Shown one piece after another: positions 37,919-50,400 of a stretch of DNA of 64,000 nucleotides. How positions within the stretch are numbered: the first letter of the stretch is position 1; each line of letters begins with the position of its first letter. Under the pieces are notes generated by a model, which had not been told where the DNA came from, made no database searches, and worked only from the letters and a program-made list of their open reading frames with translations. The position numbers and the translations under genes are program-made. Source of the stretch: Azolla caroliniana (Eukaryota > Plantae > Polypodiophyta); contig JBHGNT010000009.1 in the NCBI GenBank assembly GCA_043228905.1, forward strand, positions 7,130,001-7,194,000. The letters are read 5' to 3'.

Positions 37919-39564
37919 TTAGCGCCGGCAAACCATGCCACCATTGGTGGAGGAAGCGGTACAATGTGCACCAAAATCGGCACTAGGTAACATGATCAAA
38001 GACTCGAGATCCTTTTGGAACTTGGCAGCGAGGCAATCTGTGGAGAATAGGGAAGACGCCTTGAATTTGGATTCACCGCCCATGATAGGCATAGGTACGC
38101 CCACCTTGACCGGGTTCTTGAAGTTGGGACGATAGGTTTGGCCGAGCACACCATCCACATTGTTAGATAAGCCACGGAATTGATTGAATTGGACATTCAA
38201 GTGGGCAAAGCAATTGTCGCCCGGCAATTCGTAACGATGTAGTTGATCCTCCTCTTTCGTGATGGGCACCACCTCGACCGTAATTCCCATTAAGCCACCG
38301 TCAATGTTTATCTAGGGAATTTGCACGTTAATAAACAAAAACAAAATGCACAATCAGTTGTTTTTCCATCCAACCACTACCACGATTGATCGATGAGCAA
38401 AACATGTAAATCAACGGAATAACACTCACTCCGTAAAAAGTGCGGTGAAAACGTGTACACACTAGTTACCTGCACAACGTTTGTCTCGGAAGTTCTCAAT
38501 ATCTCGACCTCCCCCATGTTTGAGCTCCACTTGTTGCCCGCGCCAATGTCCAAGTCCACGTCTTGTCCATCATATGTGAACACCATGTGGTCATTTTGGT
38601 CGGTCCACTGGGCCACTGTTTTGGCACCAACACTGAAAGTGTGGTTATCAAACATGATACCTAGAGCTTGGACCCATGTGAAGTCGCGTGTGCGACCCTG
38701 GGGCCGGATGCCAATGAAATGCGCGTTCACATGGAGATTTGTGTCGGAGACAAGACAAAAGTCCTCGTTCGACTTCCCATGGAAGTAGAACATGACACCA
38801 TCACCTCCGACAAAGCGAGGATCGTAGCAAACGGACGAGTACCCAGAGCACTTCGGCTTGCGGTCTTCTCAAGACGAAAGGAAATGAAAGGGTGAGTTTC
38901 TTAAAATCTAGGATTAAGACATTGTGTACCACATTCTTATTATAATGGGAATCATTAGTTGGTTGATTGGGAGATTTATATGCAACCATGGTCAAGTGCG
39001 CCATTAATTTAAATCTAGGGTTAAGCCATTGTGTACACTACATTTTTATTACAATCAAAATCATTAGTTAGTTGATTAGGAGATTTATATGTAAACATGG
39101 TCAAGCGTGCCATTTATTTGATTGCAAATTTGATCTAACTAAATACATAAAATGAGGTGATTGCTAGCTACTACATAATCAAAAAGCCATTCATCATTTG
39201 AAATGCCAAGTAAACTCATGTGATTCATCATGCTTCATATATGTGATGATTTTAAGTGTTGAAAAGCAATATAATTACTTTTGCATGTGGTCTGGCATTT
39301 GGTGGAGCAGTCGATGAAGCACGATCGCTTCCCTGCGACACGTTTTGGGCATTGCGAGGGGCATGTCAATACTTTTAGGTAGCATTTGTTGCGTGCCAGG
39401 CACCGTGCTCGTTCCTTACCCGCCACGGTCGTTTGCATCACGTATTGTGTGGTTTGTGGGTCCGGACCCGAGGTCGCCGCATCAACGGCCAATTGGTCTA
39501 TCGCCATCATTACCATTGCCCACAACATGAGAATGCCCATCATTTTGTTGAGCATCATGGCCAT
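37919..39564 (-). CDS. Root cap / LEA-related secreted protein (Root_cap family); exons 39564-39279, 38864-38470, 38311-37919; 357 aa
   Basis: Hydrophobic signal-like N-terminus and a Cys-rich segment. Family motifs CYDPRFVGGDGVMFYFHGK, RDFTWVQALG, CFAHL, GVLGQTY, PMPIMGG and terminal G.VCRR. Both introns are GT-AG and phase-compatible; 286+395+393 = 1074 nt. Confidence 0.92.
38904..39119. repeat. ~107-bp tandem duplication in intron 1
   Basis: AAATCTAGG..TAAG.CATTGTGTAC...CATGGTCAAG..GCCATT occurs twice (38904, 39011). Confidence 0.8.
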
Positions 39565-39634
39565 TGTACCTTCTTCTTTTTCTTCTTCTAAAATGCTTGT
39601 TTGTATTCTTCTTCTCTCCCTACTTTGAGCCACT

Positions 39635-39641
39635 TTTTATA
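39635..39641 (-). promoter_or_regulatory. Probable TATA box of the root-cap/LEA-related gene
   Basis: TATAAAA about 70 nt upstream of the ATG at 39564; GA repeats further upstream (39748-39786, 39879-39896). Confidence 0.6.
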
Positions 39642-39745
39642 AGGTCACTACATACCCCAATCCCCCTCTTACCCCATGGAAACACTTTCTCTCCACTTTC
39701 TTTGACATATCATCGTGTCCAAAATGTGCAAACCGTACACACACC

Positions 39746-39789
<44 letters not shown>

Positions 39790-41968
39790 GGTAGCATTGT
39801 TATAAGGACCTAAAAACTTCCTTATATTTATCATTTCTTTTACCATGATCCTTGGAGACGCACATATCCCATTAGCCATCTCTCTCTCTCTCTCTCATTA
39901 AGAAATATGATGGGCATCTTATATTAATTTTCATGGGCCTAGCATGATGCCTAGTTTCAAATATCATTCCTCAATTAGCTAGATAACTATTATGAAAAGT
40001 CAATCATAAGCCTACTTGGAGGAGTTTATGACATAAACCAAATATATCTTTAATGTTCTCCAACAACGTTATTGCAAGTATTTTACGAATGATAGGCTTG
40101 AATTAACAAAGCTCTCATTTCTAGGTGTGTTGGACTTGTTCTTGGGCCCTTTCATACCACAAGGAGCTTCATCATTGTTGTAAATATATGCTTGAGACTC
40201 ACAATTACTAGGAGGAACCAACATGTAGATTTTATGATGATATTCGAACGTTCCCTATGACCTACATAGGCGAAGGTGAAACATTTTCACATGTATCTCC
40301 AAAGTTGAGTTGTGACTTTCAATATTCTAGAATTTTATTAGCGAACATTGCAAGTGATAGAGAAGCTTGTGACAATGAAAGAAATGTGTATAGGATTGGA
40401 TTGGATTTGGAATGCGTGGAAAATATTCCGATCGAGGTTGGAGCATTGTTTCCAAGTATGAAACTCAAACTCATGAACGGGCTCCAAGGAAAAATATAAA
40501 ATATACTTAGGGAACCATTCGCTAAATCCCTATCTCATCTAGAAGAGAACGTGGAGGTAAATTGTATGAAAGTATTGTGTTTTGTAATTTGGTGCATCAT
40601 ATGTAATATAATAGGTGAAGGATGGGTCACCACATCTCTTTCAAGTGATGATACATTGGTGTTGGAAAATACCATTAGAGGAATCTATTGACAAATCATG
40701 AAACATGCGTAATGCATACCACCTTCCATAAACTGTCTTTTTTTATCATGTGCTCTCTTTAGATTCCTTTTCAAGAATTCCACGTAGACTAAAATATATT
40801 TTTCACAAAAAGTAAGAGGGATAGTGTATCTCTCTCCAAAGCCTTTTCTTTTCTTCAAGACTTAGGGTTTAGATGTAAACCCCTATATTACCATCGGTTT
40901 GCAAAATGTTGTGTTTAATGTTAATAATGTTTCTTTGTATTTCAATAGCATGAAGCAATAGGTATTCAAAGGGATAACTAGAATTGTAGGAATTGTTTCT
41001 CCAAGACCTTTCTTTTCATGTTATGAAATCACTGAAACATTAGGGTGTTCTTCTCAGGCACTTCCACACATATAGTGAAGCTATATCGATTGAAATATGA
41101 AAGTATGACTCTCAAATTTCAATAGAGCTATACCAAAAATGTTTTATATTTAAACCCATCTCTAGGTTAACATAATTTATCTTTTGCATGTAAAAATAAA
41201 ATAACTTTAAAAGTTTTCCAATTCCTATTGCAATTACAACATTAGCAAGTTGTTTCCATAGTAGTTTGTGAGTATGTGAAGGTTGAGGTGGGCCATGGAG
41301 CCACTAGTGTTCCAAATCGAGAAATATAGGTGACATGAAGGCACGATACATGAAGTTTATTATTGTTTCCGATGTGTGAGAGTCGCGTTAATCAAGGTTA
41401 TGTTTACATGTTTTATTGGGAATGTCTAATAACAAGCTCATTAAATCAAACAATAGTAATCTACACAAACTCGCTATCAACTTATGTTTATATAATGATT
41501 ATAGAGGAATTAACAAATTATATGTGATTAATGATAATGGGAATTCTAAAAAACCTTCATGATTTTGATCTTACAATTACAAATTGACAACAAAGAAAAT
41601 GTGATTATAAACCTCCCTTAGAAGAGAGCTTCAAAAATCTCCTAGGAGGAATGTATATAGAATTTAATAACCTCACAATTATGGTTACCCTATTAGTAAA
41701 TACACTATTTTTAACTCTACAAGTGTAAGGTTCAAATCTTCCCTTACACAAATACATTAATGTTTGCACGTTAGATGTATATACTTTTTTATTTTTTTAA
41801 GATTCACCTTGGTATTAATGAAAAGATGCCCAAAAGCTACAAAGAATTCATACATGAAAACACAACCATCATACCCAAATCAACCAATATGTCGAATAAC
41901 AAAAGCTCGAGTCACATCTAAAATTGAGATCCTTCCATAATGTGGGGAGAAAAAAGGCACCTTGGTGG

Positions 41969-42244
41969 TAGCAATGGGCACGGTTCGGTTTCAAGGCAAA
42001 GAAACCGAACCATTTATATAAAACAAAACCAAACCAAACCGTTTAGGGAAAAGTTGAAACCAAATTGAACCATTTAATAAAAAATTTAAGCCTAACCATT
42101 TAAATCAAACTAATTAAACATCAAAATAAATTAAAATACATTAAATTAAATAAGCATTTAACATAAATTTATTAAATCAATAAAAGAAATTTTCATTGAA
42201 CCATTAAATTAAATAAACATTTTAGTTAAATTAATTAAATAAAT
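41969..42244 (+). mobile_element. Possible hAT/MITE-like terminus with AAACC(G) subterminal repeats
   Basis: GGGCACGGTTCGGTTT...AAACCGAACC...AAACCAAACCAAACCG followed by AT-rich repeats; the partner end was not found. Confidence 0.3.
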
Positions 42245-42520
42245 TGAGAGGAATAGTGCTCGGCCACAACCGAGTCTTACTCACTCGATAGAAGAAGATA
42301 GAAAATAGAAATAAGACAGACATAGGATGTTAACGTGGAAAACCCTAATAGGCAAAAATCCACGGGAACCCATAGACTCCAACCATCACTATGAGAAGAA
42401 AGATACAATGCGGGATTGAGCGGCAACGACCTCGAGCTCTATGTCGTCGCCAACCGGCGGTTACAACAAAAACAAGTGTTCTGTGTGCGTGTGTTTCTCT
42501 CTCTCTCTCTCTCTCTCTCT
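42245..42520 (-). mobile_element. Family-A copia LTR fragment (U5/R end)
   Basis: CTCGGCCACAACCGAG and GGAAAACCCTAATAGG motifs are shared with 23643 and 24700; ends in a TC microsatellite. Confidence 0.7.
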
Positions 42521-42910
42521 CAGAGGGACAATGCCACCAGGCATACTTTCAAGAGCCATGGACTAAGGGATGGCTCTTCGACTCATTAGTGACCCCTTCC
42601 CTCATGTATGCATCAGTAGTATGGACTCCATGTCTACCATCTTTTATGTGGACGCAATTAGAGAGACCTTTGGTGATGATGTTATCACGTCAACTCCGAA
42701 GCAAATCGACAGTACCACATGACATTTTTAGAGTAGAGTTCTGTAGGCCCCCGATGTTAGTAGAAGCATTGTTTCAAGTGGTAGTTTTTATTCCTCGGAT
42801 ACATACCCAACCACAAGATAGGATATCCCGTCGAACCTTTCAGGCATCTCGATCCCTACATGTATCTGGAGACACTAGCTCTTGGTATAGCATTGTGGTG
42901 AGTTGGTTAC
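42521..42910 (+). mobile_element. Internal LINE ORF2 fragment (RTE/RTE-X-like post-RT region)
   Basis: LFDSLVTPSLMYASVVW...LERP, resembling the LF.SLV.P.L.Y...VW motif downstream of the RT in RTE-type LINEs. Confidence 0.6.
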
Positions 42911-42985
42911 TTGCTGCAAAGAAATGAGGAGGCAAGAGTGGTTGTAATGCAGCGGAAGATGAGTGCGTGCGTGTGTGTCTCAAGA

Positions 42986-43028
<43 letters not shown>

Positions 43029-43810
43029 CTTAAGATAGAGATAAACAAAACTATATATTAACCAAAAATTACATCTAAGCATAAAACATCCAACAACTAA
43101 GTTACAAGGGATTGGTTTAAATACCAATTGAGCTAGGGCAAGTGCCCTTTCTATTATTTACAAAACTAGCCTGGTATGTCCATGAGCTAGTGTGAAACCT
43201 ATCTATGGGAAGTTGAGTTCGATTCTCAACACGCCCCTTCGAACACAACTTCCATCTATCGAAGAGTTGTTTCGGTCTTTGGAGTACTTCGATTTAAGGA
43301 ATCAGATTCTGGCTTTATTGCTTTATGCTTCTTATTGCGTGTTGCGTAGTGCGTAGTCTAGTCATGCTGCATATGCTGCGCACTCCCCCTCAAGCTCGGC
43401 AATGTAGAGGTTGTGAAACCAAGTTCCGATGCAAATTGCTCGAGCTTGTCGACACCTAGAGCTTTCGTGAAAATATTAGCAACTTGGAGGTGCGTACTGA
43501 TGTGTTGTAGGTCGATCTCTCCAGCCTGTATGTGCTCGCGGATGAAGTGGTAGTGGACCTCGATAAGCTTATCCGCGCATGGAATACGAGATTCCGCGCC
43601 AGGTAGATACTGCTCATGTTGTTGTAGTATAGCCGAATCAGATCCTTGATGGGTACGCTCAGATCCTTTAGTACGCGTTTGAGCCAAACGGCTTCGCATG
43701 CAACGACTACTGCGCCCCTGTATTCGGCTTCCGTGCTCGACAGTGCGATTGTCGACTGCTTCTTACTACTCCAGGAGATCTCTCTGCTACCAAGAGAGAA
43801 GATGAATCCG
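42911..43810 (-). mobile_element. 3' end of an Ale-like copia (family D): RNase H, PPT, partial 3' LTR starting at 43231
   Basis: ORF 43358-43699 IEVHYHFIRE...ANIFTKAL...SLRG; purine tracts at ~43384-43395 and 43232-43241. Confidence 0.7.
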
Positions 43811-44179
43811 GATACATATATAGGAGAGACAGAGAGAGAGAGAGCAGAACATATACTCTATTCAAAAATAACTCTAAAACTCTCTGTACATACAACATGC
43901 TAAACAACACTATTTATACAAGTCCACAAAGAACTGACAGAAGTATTGTTAGGTACTTCAATGTTCCTATGTGCGACTGACACTAACTACGAGACAATGA
44001 TTACCTAGTAGTCAAGGCTACTACTAGGCTTCCGGTTCCCGCTCGAATCCGGCTCTCCGATCCGGCTCATCCTTCCAAATGCCGATCCGGCTCAGGCTTC
44101 TTCAGCCGATCCGGATCCGGTTGAGCTTGCTTGCTCAATAGTGCGTCATTGAAAAAGACGATAAAATCATAGCTCACGG

Positions 44180-45005
44180 TCGTCGAGAACGCCGAATGCT
44201 TATCCTCGAGTCGAGTGAGGTGAAGTCCGCCATGTTCGTAAACAACATCAAACTCAAAACCGACTGGAAACTGTGGCATAAGCGAATCAGCCACATTAAT
44301 CTCCAAAAGCTTACAAGGATGCAATCGAAAGGACTCGTAATCGGACTTCCGAAATTTACCGAGAAGGAGATCACGAGTGTATGTGAAGCCTGCCAATTCG
44401 GCAAACAACACCGACAACCATTCCCAAAAGAAGGGAATGTGAGCAAAGGGATCCTACATGTCATACATTTAGATGTATGGGGATCGGCACAAACAACCAC
44501 ATTCGATGGATGCCGATATTATGTCTTGTTCATCAACGACTTCTCGAGGCATGTCTGGATCTATTTGATGCGGCAAAAGAGTGAAGTGTATGGACACTTC
44601 CAAAGGTTTAAAACCGAAGTAAAAAAAGCCACAACTCGGCATGTTTGATGCCTTCGATCGGATGGAGGCAAAGAATCCCGGATGATGTACATTCAGATGT
44701 ATGGGGACCTGCCTAGACAGCCACATTCGGTGGATGCCGAGATTATGTCTTGTTCATCGATGACTTCTTGAGGCATGTCTGGATCTATCCGATGCGGCAA
44801 AAGAGTGAAGTGTTCGGACACTTCCAAAGGTTTGAAAGCGAAGTCAAAAAAGCCACAAGTCGGCATGTTTGATGCCTTCGATCGGATGGAGTCAAAGAGT
44901 ACTTCTCATACGAGTTTACGACATACCTCCAAAAGGAAGCAATTCGACGAGAATTCTTATGCTGACACACCCCTCAACAAATTGAAGTAGCCGAACGAAA
45001 GAACA
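44180..45005 (+). pseudogene. Ale-like copia integrase fragment with an internal ~224-bp tandem duplication
   Basis: LWHKRISHIN...CEACQFGKQHR...DVWG; 44466-44674 is repeated at 44690-44898. Confidence 0.75.
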
Positions 45006-45006
45006 A

Positions 45007-45064
45007 TAGGACTCGAACCTTTTACCTCCTACTCATAGGACAACCTCTTACCAATTGAGCCAAA
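45007..45064 (-). other. tRNA-like A/B-box fragment
   Basis: TGGCTCAATTGGTAAGAG...AGGAGGTAAAAGGTTCGAGTCC, similar to the LTR-embedded modules. Confidence 0.55.
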
Positions 45065-45517
45065 CTTTAGAAACAATCCCTCTATTGCCATTCTTATTAT
45101 ATCATTGCTCTTTCCTTCAGCTTCATATATATATATATCCATATATATGTATATCAAGCCTAACTTAATTCCTCCTGTGTGTTCCCCACATCATGACGAC
45201 GTCTAGTTGGTAATGTTCTAAACTCATGTAGTCTATAACTAGGTCATTATTTGTTGGGGTATGCGTGGAGGGTGTGCTTATTTGTTCACCACTATTCAAG
45301 TCTAATTTCTATGCTACTCTCTATCAAATAGCTCCTAGATATCTTGCTTCATTTTCAAGCCCCTCATTTAGTTATACTCAGTTGAGTTCATTACCTATGT
45401 CTAGGGTGAACCTAAATTGAAATAGGTCATGCCATGGCATCCTTCCCTCATGACATTTTTATTGTTATTTATTGATTATTGTTAAGGATCTATGTATCGA
45501 TGGAGTAAGCTCCTCGA

Positions 45518-46033
45518 TGTCGTGGCGGGATTCGAACCGGCATATACCCTCTTGATGGCGAATCGGGCGGAGATGGTTGTCGAATATCTCCGAGCCTCAC
45601 ACTCACTCAACGATTAGTAAATGATTAAGCACAATATCTCTCTCACTCTCTCAAGCTCTCTCTCATAAACAATAGATCAACAGTATAGACAATAAGAAGC
45701 AAGAGTATGTCTATTATTAACCCTCTTTGCTAAGAGGTCTAGCACCAACAAGGAGAGAGATTAGTGTTCTCTAACTCAACACTTCACTAATCTCTCTTAA
45801 GCTCAAAGGTTACAAGAAAGAGGGGAGGAAGCTCTAGCTCTAATCAATAGGAGATCTTTACAAATGGGAGAACCCCCACAAACCCACTACTATGTGGTTT
45901 ATATAGCTTTCGAGCCTTTCACTTTTGGCCGTCTCTTTGCTTTCCTTTCCTCTTGCCATTTCCTCTTCGTACTACGTCCTTGTTGATGCGTTCTTATTCG
46001 TGACTGGTTGTGTTGTTATCCCAACGCTTAACA
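45518..46033 (-). mobile_element. 3' LTR of an LTR element carrying a large extra ORF
   Basis: TG...CA ends (minus strand TGTTAAG...CACGACA); PPT GGTTGGGGGAGA at 46045-46034; TATATAA on the minus strand at ~45899-45905. Left flank TCGA. Confidence 0.6.
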
Positions 46034-46044
46034 TCTCCCCCAAC

Positions 46045-47497
46045 CTAATGAGTGCACACTCCCGAGTGCACTGTGGGAGGGGAGCTTCGGGTGTCGGGAG
46101 CGAGTAGAATTGAGTAGGGGGGTTCGTAGGGGGGCGGGTGGCGGCGTAGATGATGGCGAAGACGACGGATGTTCAGTGGTGGTAGCCGGATTTCCTGCAG
46201 TTGGTCGGTTGTTGTGAAGAAATCTTTCTTGGGGCCGGTGAGCCAGGTGTAGGTGTTGTGGCCGGCGAAGGGAGAAGGGGGGTTTCGACTAAAGCTTATG
46301 TAAGCGGGGAAAAAACGCGTGTCGATCATGGTTTCAAAATCCCGTTTGTAGATTGCGGGGAGTATGTTGACGCGGGTCCAGAGGCCGACCAGTTGGCGGC
46401 GAGTTGGACCTTTGTTCAAATCGAAGGCGAGGCCCCACGCTGGGTGGTTGTGTCGTTGGAAGGGGGGGGCTTCGTACGGGCCAAAGTCAAGGAGAATGAG
46501 TAGAAGTTGTAGAAAACGAAGGCTAGCTTGAATGTCGGGGTCCGGGACGTCGAGGTATGTACGTAGGAATCGTCGCATGACCCGGATCATGTCGGGTTCG
46601 GTCGGGGATGTGCGCTGGGGTCGGGGGAACAACGGCCAGTTGAATTGAAGGGTGGGTAGGCGTGCCTGGGCAACGTGAAAATCGGGCCATGGCCAACGAC
46701 GAGGAAGGGGAAAAAAGGTGGGGTTGGTACGCAGCTCGGGGGGGTGGCAGGCGAGCCATTCACGGAAGGATGTGTGTGCAAACCAAGGGAGATGCCATGG
46801 GGGTTGGGTGCCGGGAGGTTCGAGGAGGGGGTCGGCGACGGGGTGGTGCCACCCACGAGTGGGGGTGGGGTGTGCGGCGGCCCAAGTAGACATCTTATCA
46901 CGGTAAACATGGGGGTAAAGGAAGACGTCGACTTGGGGTTCAGAGGCGACTTCGGGGTAATACTTGTAGAGGCGGGTGAGGAGGAGGGGGGTCTCGCAGA
47001 AGTCGAACTCCCATGGAATGGGGGTAGCAAACTGATTGTCGAGGCGAGTGTCCCAACTGGTACCACTTTCGATGCAATCAAGGGCGGTTTGGAGGCCGTG
47101 GGTGAGTTGGTAGTGGTCGACCAAATCAGCGTAGAAGGCCGCAACGTTGAAGCGGGTGCTCGGGGTGTGGAGTAAGGGAGGTGTAGTGAAGATGGGGAGG
47201 GGTAGTTGTTGGTGGAGCATGAGGTGTGCGAGGGGATGGTTGAAGGGGAGAGCTTTGCGGAGGATGGCCTCCGTCAATGTCCGACCGGGGTGGGTGAAGA
47301 CCCATGTGTGAAGGGGGAAAGTGTTGGGTGGTGGGGGGGAAAGGGGGTGAGCCGAGGGGGGTGTGCAAAATGGGTTGTCACCGAACATGGGATGTGTGTG
47401 GTCGGGGATGTGGTGCTCACTGAGGTGAGGGTGTGGGGGTGAGTGGTGAGGGGGGAAGGGAGGTGGGTTAGTAGGTGGGGGAGGTGGTGGGGGTGGG
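46045..47497 (-). CDS. Unknown Pro/His/Trp-rich protein, C-terminal part of the extra ORF (stop abuts the PPT)
   Basis: The 447-aa ORF 46045-47388 stays open upstream to the copia insertion at 47497; strongly C-rich coding strand; no recognisable domain. Confidence 0.55.
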
Positions 47498-50400
47498 TGT
47501 CGAATACAAATGTATAATGGACGTATTCACACTATCCTCTTAGAGAGCCCAAGTTCGGGCTATTTCTGTAAATAACATAAAGGGCAGTTGCCCTATGTGA
47601 GTCACTATATAAAGTGACTTTGTAACCTTTTGTTGGTGCGGTTGTTCATTGTTGTAACTGTTGCCCTTTTATGAATATAGATATATGCTTTGTGCCTCTC
47701 TCTCTCTGTCTCTCTGTACGTATCTTGTTCTTGACTCTCTCATACGCAGGTATTTCTTTCTCATAGATGCATATTGTGTGATCTCTTCCGCACTGACGGC
47801 TTTGTTCATTCCCAACATTTGGTATCAGAGCTTGGATGTCCTTCAACCTGCTGCCGGCCGCCATTTGAATCTTTGGATCACAACTTCTGTTTTTTTCTGC
47901 TTTGTATTTGGAGAAACAGAGAAGAAGAAAAACCAGGCTTGCATCTCATCGCGTTAGATCGTATTCGCTTGGAGTAAGCCAGCCGGCTGTACTCTGTTCC
48001 CTGTGATCGTAACCGATCGAGGTGAAATCCCCTTGTGCAACAGTGACACGATCGTGCTCCACTCGGTTAAACGGCATCCGAATAGGTCATCGAACACTGC
48101 TCGCCACCCGTTGTAACCACTCGGTGCAGATCGGTCTCAAGACAACAACCCCATTTCGTGCTTCATCCGGCTGATTGACATTCGGGAGGATCAATTGGAT
48201 CTGTCTCTCTTGTTGCTGCAGTCACCCGAAGCAGAATCGGTTTAGACAATCGGTTTCAATAATCGGTATTTGGCATATATATTCGGAAGCGAACCAGGCT
48301 CACTCCGACTCGGCAACATTCAGAAAGACCAGTCGGTTCTGTCCCTCAAGTTACCGGAGTCAATTCGAGCAAGTTCAACAATACGTATATCCGAAGCCGA
48401 AACGACTCGGATTCAAATCCGACTAGAACGATACCGGGTGAGCCGAAAGGCTGCACTCCAACAAGGTCCGTAGTCAACTCCGAACCGAGCTTCGTCAACC
48501 GAAACCGAACCTGATGGCATCAACATCCGGCTCATCGGAAATGAGTCTAAGGAGGTTCGACGGTTCGAACTTTAATTTTTGGAAGGAGCAAATGCAGGAC
48601 TATCTTATAGTCACGGGTCAGATCGATCCGATTGAGAATGAAACTGCTCCAGAAATATACAAGGTAAATGAGTGGCTGAAGCTGGACAGAATCGTCCGCG
48701 CCACGATTCGGATGCACCTGTCGGAGTCAGTGTACTTTACAGTGCAATCGTACACGACAACCTTCGAACTTTGGAAGAAGCTGTCGGAAACCTACGAAAA
48801 GAAGGTCGCCTCGACGAAGATGTATTTGATCCGGCGCCTCTACAACCTGCGGACGAAAGACTTCGATTCGGTTTAGGCACACCTTAACGAGTACGAAAGT
48901 TTGAGCTCCCAAATCTTGTCACAGGGGATGACAAACGAGGATGAACTCAGAGCAATGATACTCATGAGCAGTCTCCCCTGCTCTTGGGAAACCTTCGTTA
49001 CAACTGTGTGCAACGCTTCTATGACTGCCATCAAGTACTCCGATGTCACAAGTGCAATCCTGACTGAAGCAGCTCGGAGAAAGTCTTTCACCAAAGACTC
49101 GACAGAAGAAGCCTATGTAGTACAAGGTTCGACCGACTGATCGAACAATTGGGGAAGAAGTTCTTCCTGACTGCCAACAAATCAGCGAAGCCGCAGCAAG
49201 TCCCGGGAAACCTGAATCTGCAACTACTGCAAGAAACCGGGACACATCAAGTCCGACTGTCGGGTACTCATGTCAAAGACAGACAAAACTCAGAGAGCTG
49301 ATCAAAGGAGTAACCGGCATGAGGAAGTCAACTATGTCGGCTCTTCAGCCGAGATATTGACGACCGACCCGAACATATTGTCCATAGAGAATCCAGTCGA
49401 ATCAGAAGTTCTGCTTACGACTGAGGAATCGAGCACATGGCTTCTGGACTCGGGCGCTTCGTATCACGTGACACCTCACCGATCACAGTTTCGACAATAT
49501 TCGGAGAGACCCTGACTTAGTTAGAGTCAGAAATTCGCAGCACTATGTTATCATTGGAATCGGCACCGTAGAGCTCAACCTTCCAGGTGGCTCTACACTC
49601 GTACTACACAACATCCGACACGTTCCTGAGCTCTCACGACCCTTGATCTCAGTCGGGCAACTTGATGAAGTTGGCATCCGTGCTGGTTTCTCAGCAGGAG
49701 GGTGCACACTCCACAGAGGGAACCTCCTGCTTGCTAGAGGACCAAAGGTACACTCGTTGTACCCTTTGTATGTCACACTCAAAAAGGGTGACTTATTTCT
49801 GGTAGATATCCCTGTGTCATCCTTATGGCATGGACGACTTGGACACCTCAGCAAGACCGGCATCACGCACCTATCCAGAGCCGGATACATCCCGAAACTC
49901 TCCTTCTCAGACCATTAGTTTTGCGAGCATTGCCAGTACGGCAAACAGGTAGCTGCATCACACCCGACATCAGCACCAAGAGAGTCGAGCCCGCTTGATT
50001 TGGTCCACTCAGACATTTGTGGCCCGATGCCACATCAGTCAGTCGGTGGTGCCTCATACTTCGTCAGTTTCATTGATGACTCAACTCGGAAGGTGTGGGC
50101 TTACCCCATAAGAACCAAAGATCGGGTGTTCTCTATCTTCTCCGATTGGCTCGCAATGGTCGAAAACCGAAGTGTCTCCGAACCGACAATGGAAGTGAGT
50201 TCAAATCTGATGAATTAGTCAAATTTTGCCGAGAACGCGGCATTAGACGTGAATATACGGCACCATATAGTCCGGAGCAGAACGGAATCGCAGAACGCAT
50301 GAATCGAACGATTCAAGAACGCGTTGTATCAATGCTCCAACACTCCGAACTGTCGGATGTCTTCTGGGCAGAGGCTCTACTCACGGCAGTACACTTAATC

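Noticed and set aside
39565-39633. Longer N-terminus for the host gene from the ORF track
   Set aside because: The GTG start lies immediately downstream of the TATA box; the ATG at 39564 precedes a signal-peptide-like segment.
46045-47388. Endogenised tymovirus-like sequence (C-rich, Pro-rich, tRNA-like end nearby)
   Set aside because: No RdRp, helicase, methyltransferase or coat-protein motifs seen; the PPT+LTR context favours a retroelement ORF.
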